From Octopus sinensis (taxonomy: Eukaryota), in assembly GCF_006345805.1 (NCBI RefSeq), contig NC_043010.1, forward strand, positions 41,850,001 to 41,914,000: a stretch of DNA of 64,000 nucleotides, read 5' to 3'. This document shows, one piece after another, positions 63,189 through 64,000 of this stretch. The notes below the pieces were generated by a model. It was not told the DNA's origin and ran no database searches. It worked only from the letters and a program-made list of their open reading frames with translations. A program made the position numbers and the translations under genes. How positions within the stretch are numbered: position 1 is the stretch's first letter; the number at the start of each line of letters is the position of its first letter.

Positions 63189-63495
63189 TATATATATATA
63201 TTAATGTTTGTTTTTGTTTTTTTTAGTTCAGTTATAATACAAGTCATTTTACGTTAATCTGAAGGGTTACTCTATACTTTTGTAGAATGCAAATTCATTT
63301 TTGTTATACAAGGCGAGTAATGAGAACGATGATTTCCCTTCGCAAATACTGGTCGGACACAGTGTCGTTAGCCAGCTAGAGGAGATGTCTTCCTGGGGCT
63401 ATAAACTACAGTAGCATCGTCCCATATGGGTCAGCCACATTTAAATGGCAAATATACTTTACGATATATATATATATGTATGTAGTTGTGCACCC

Positions 63496-63531
<36 letters not shown>

Positions 63532-63633
63532 ATCATCCTCTCCGACTTTACTCTTTGAAACTTCTTTGGTTGAAGCTTTTACGTTGAATTTTGATGTGAA
63601 AGAAACAAGAACAGTCTTGCAACATCATTTTTG

Positions 63634-63665
<32 letters not shown>

Positions 63666-64000
63666 TGTATGTATGTATGAGTGAGAGTGTGCATACGTGA
63701 CTATATAGTTTTTATTTATATATATTCATATAGAACTCTCTCTCCTCTGTCTGTCTGTCTCTCTCTTTCTCTCTCTCTTTTCACTCTCTCTACCTAAAGT
63801 AGTCATTGACTTCAAAATTATAGATTATAACCATGCATTACACATGAAATGATAGCAATGTTTGTTTATAACTTAACTGATAGAACCTCTTAATCTAGAA
63901 GTGCATATATTCTTCCTCTATAGTTATAATGAACAGCTTCAACATATAATAATCCTAAAATGATGCGGAGGTATGGAGGAAATGTTAAAATAATGATTAT

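Overview
A 64-kb, AT-rich, microsatellite-dense stretch of animal genomic DNA. It is most likely from a coleoid cephalopod such as Octopus; this is inferred from the SINE families and repeat style, not from a database match. I can support no intact host protein-coding gene, rRNA, true tRNA or CRISPR array. Nearly all listed six-frame ORFs are microsatellite read-throughs or decayed transposon frames. The window is a transposon graveyard. It holds many tRNA-headed SINEs, R4/Dong-like REL retrotransposon fragments sitting in (AAT)n arrays, RTE and RTE-X LINEs, and L1/Tx1-like ORF1 and ORF2 fragments. It also holds a Ty3/Gypsy pol fragment, a Helitron RepHel fragment and Penelope-like element (PLE) remnants. 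The most notable signal is non-coding: about a dozen minimal type-I hammerhead ribozyme (HHR) motifs (CUGANGA...GAAA-palindrome-UH), most next to (TA)n tracts. At three loci they form divergently oriented inverted pairs that look like MITEs but end in ribozymes; some have very long stem II inserts, and there are U3-A8 core variants. Other highlights are a head-to-tail array of ORF1-only non-LTR elements sharing a 3' tail with a SINE, a candidate recursive splice site (AG|GTAAGT with a 52-nt RS-exon), and a duplicated ~305-nt hairpin. All structures were folded and aligned by eye.
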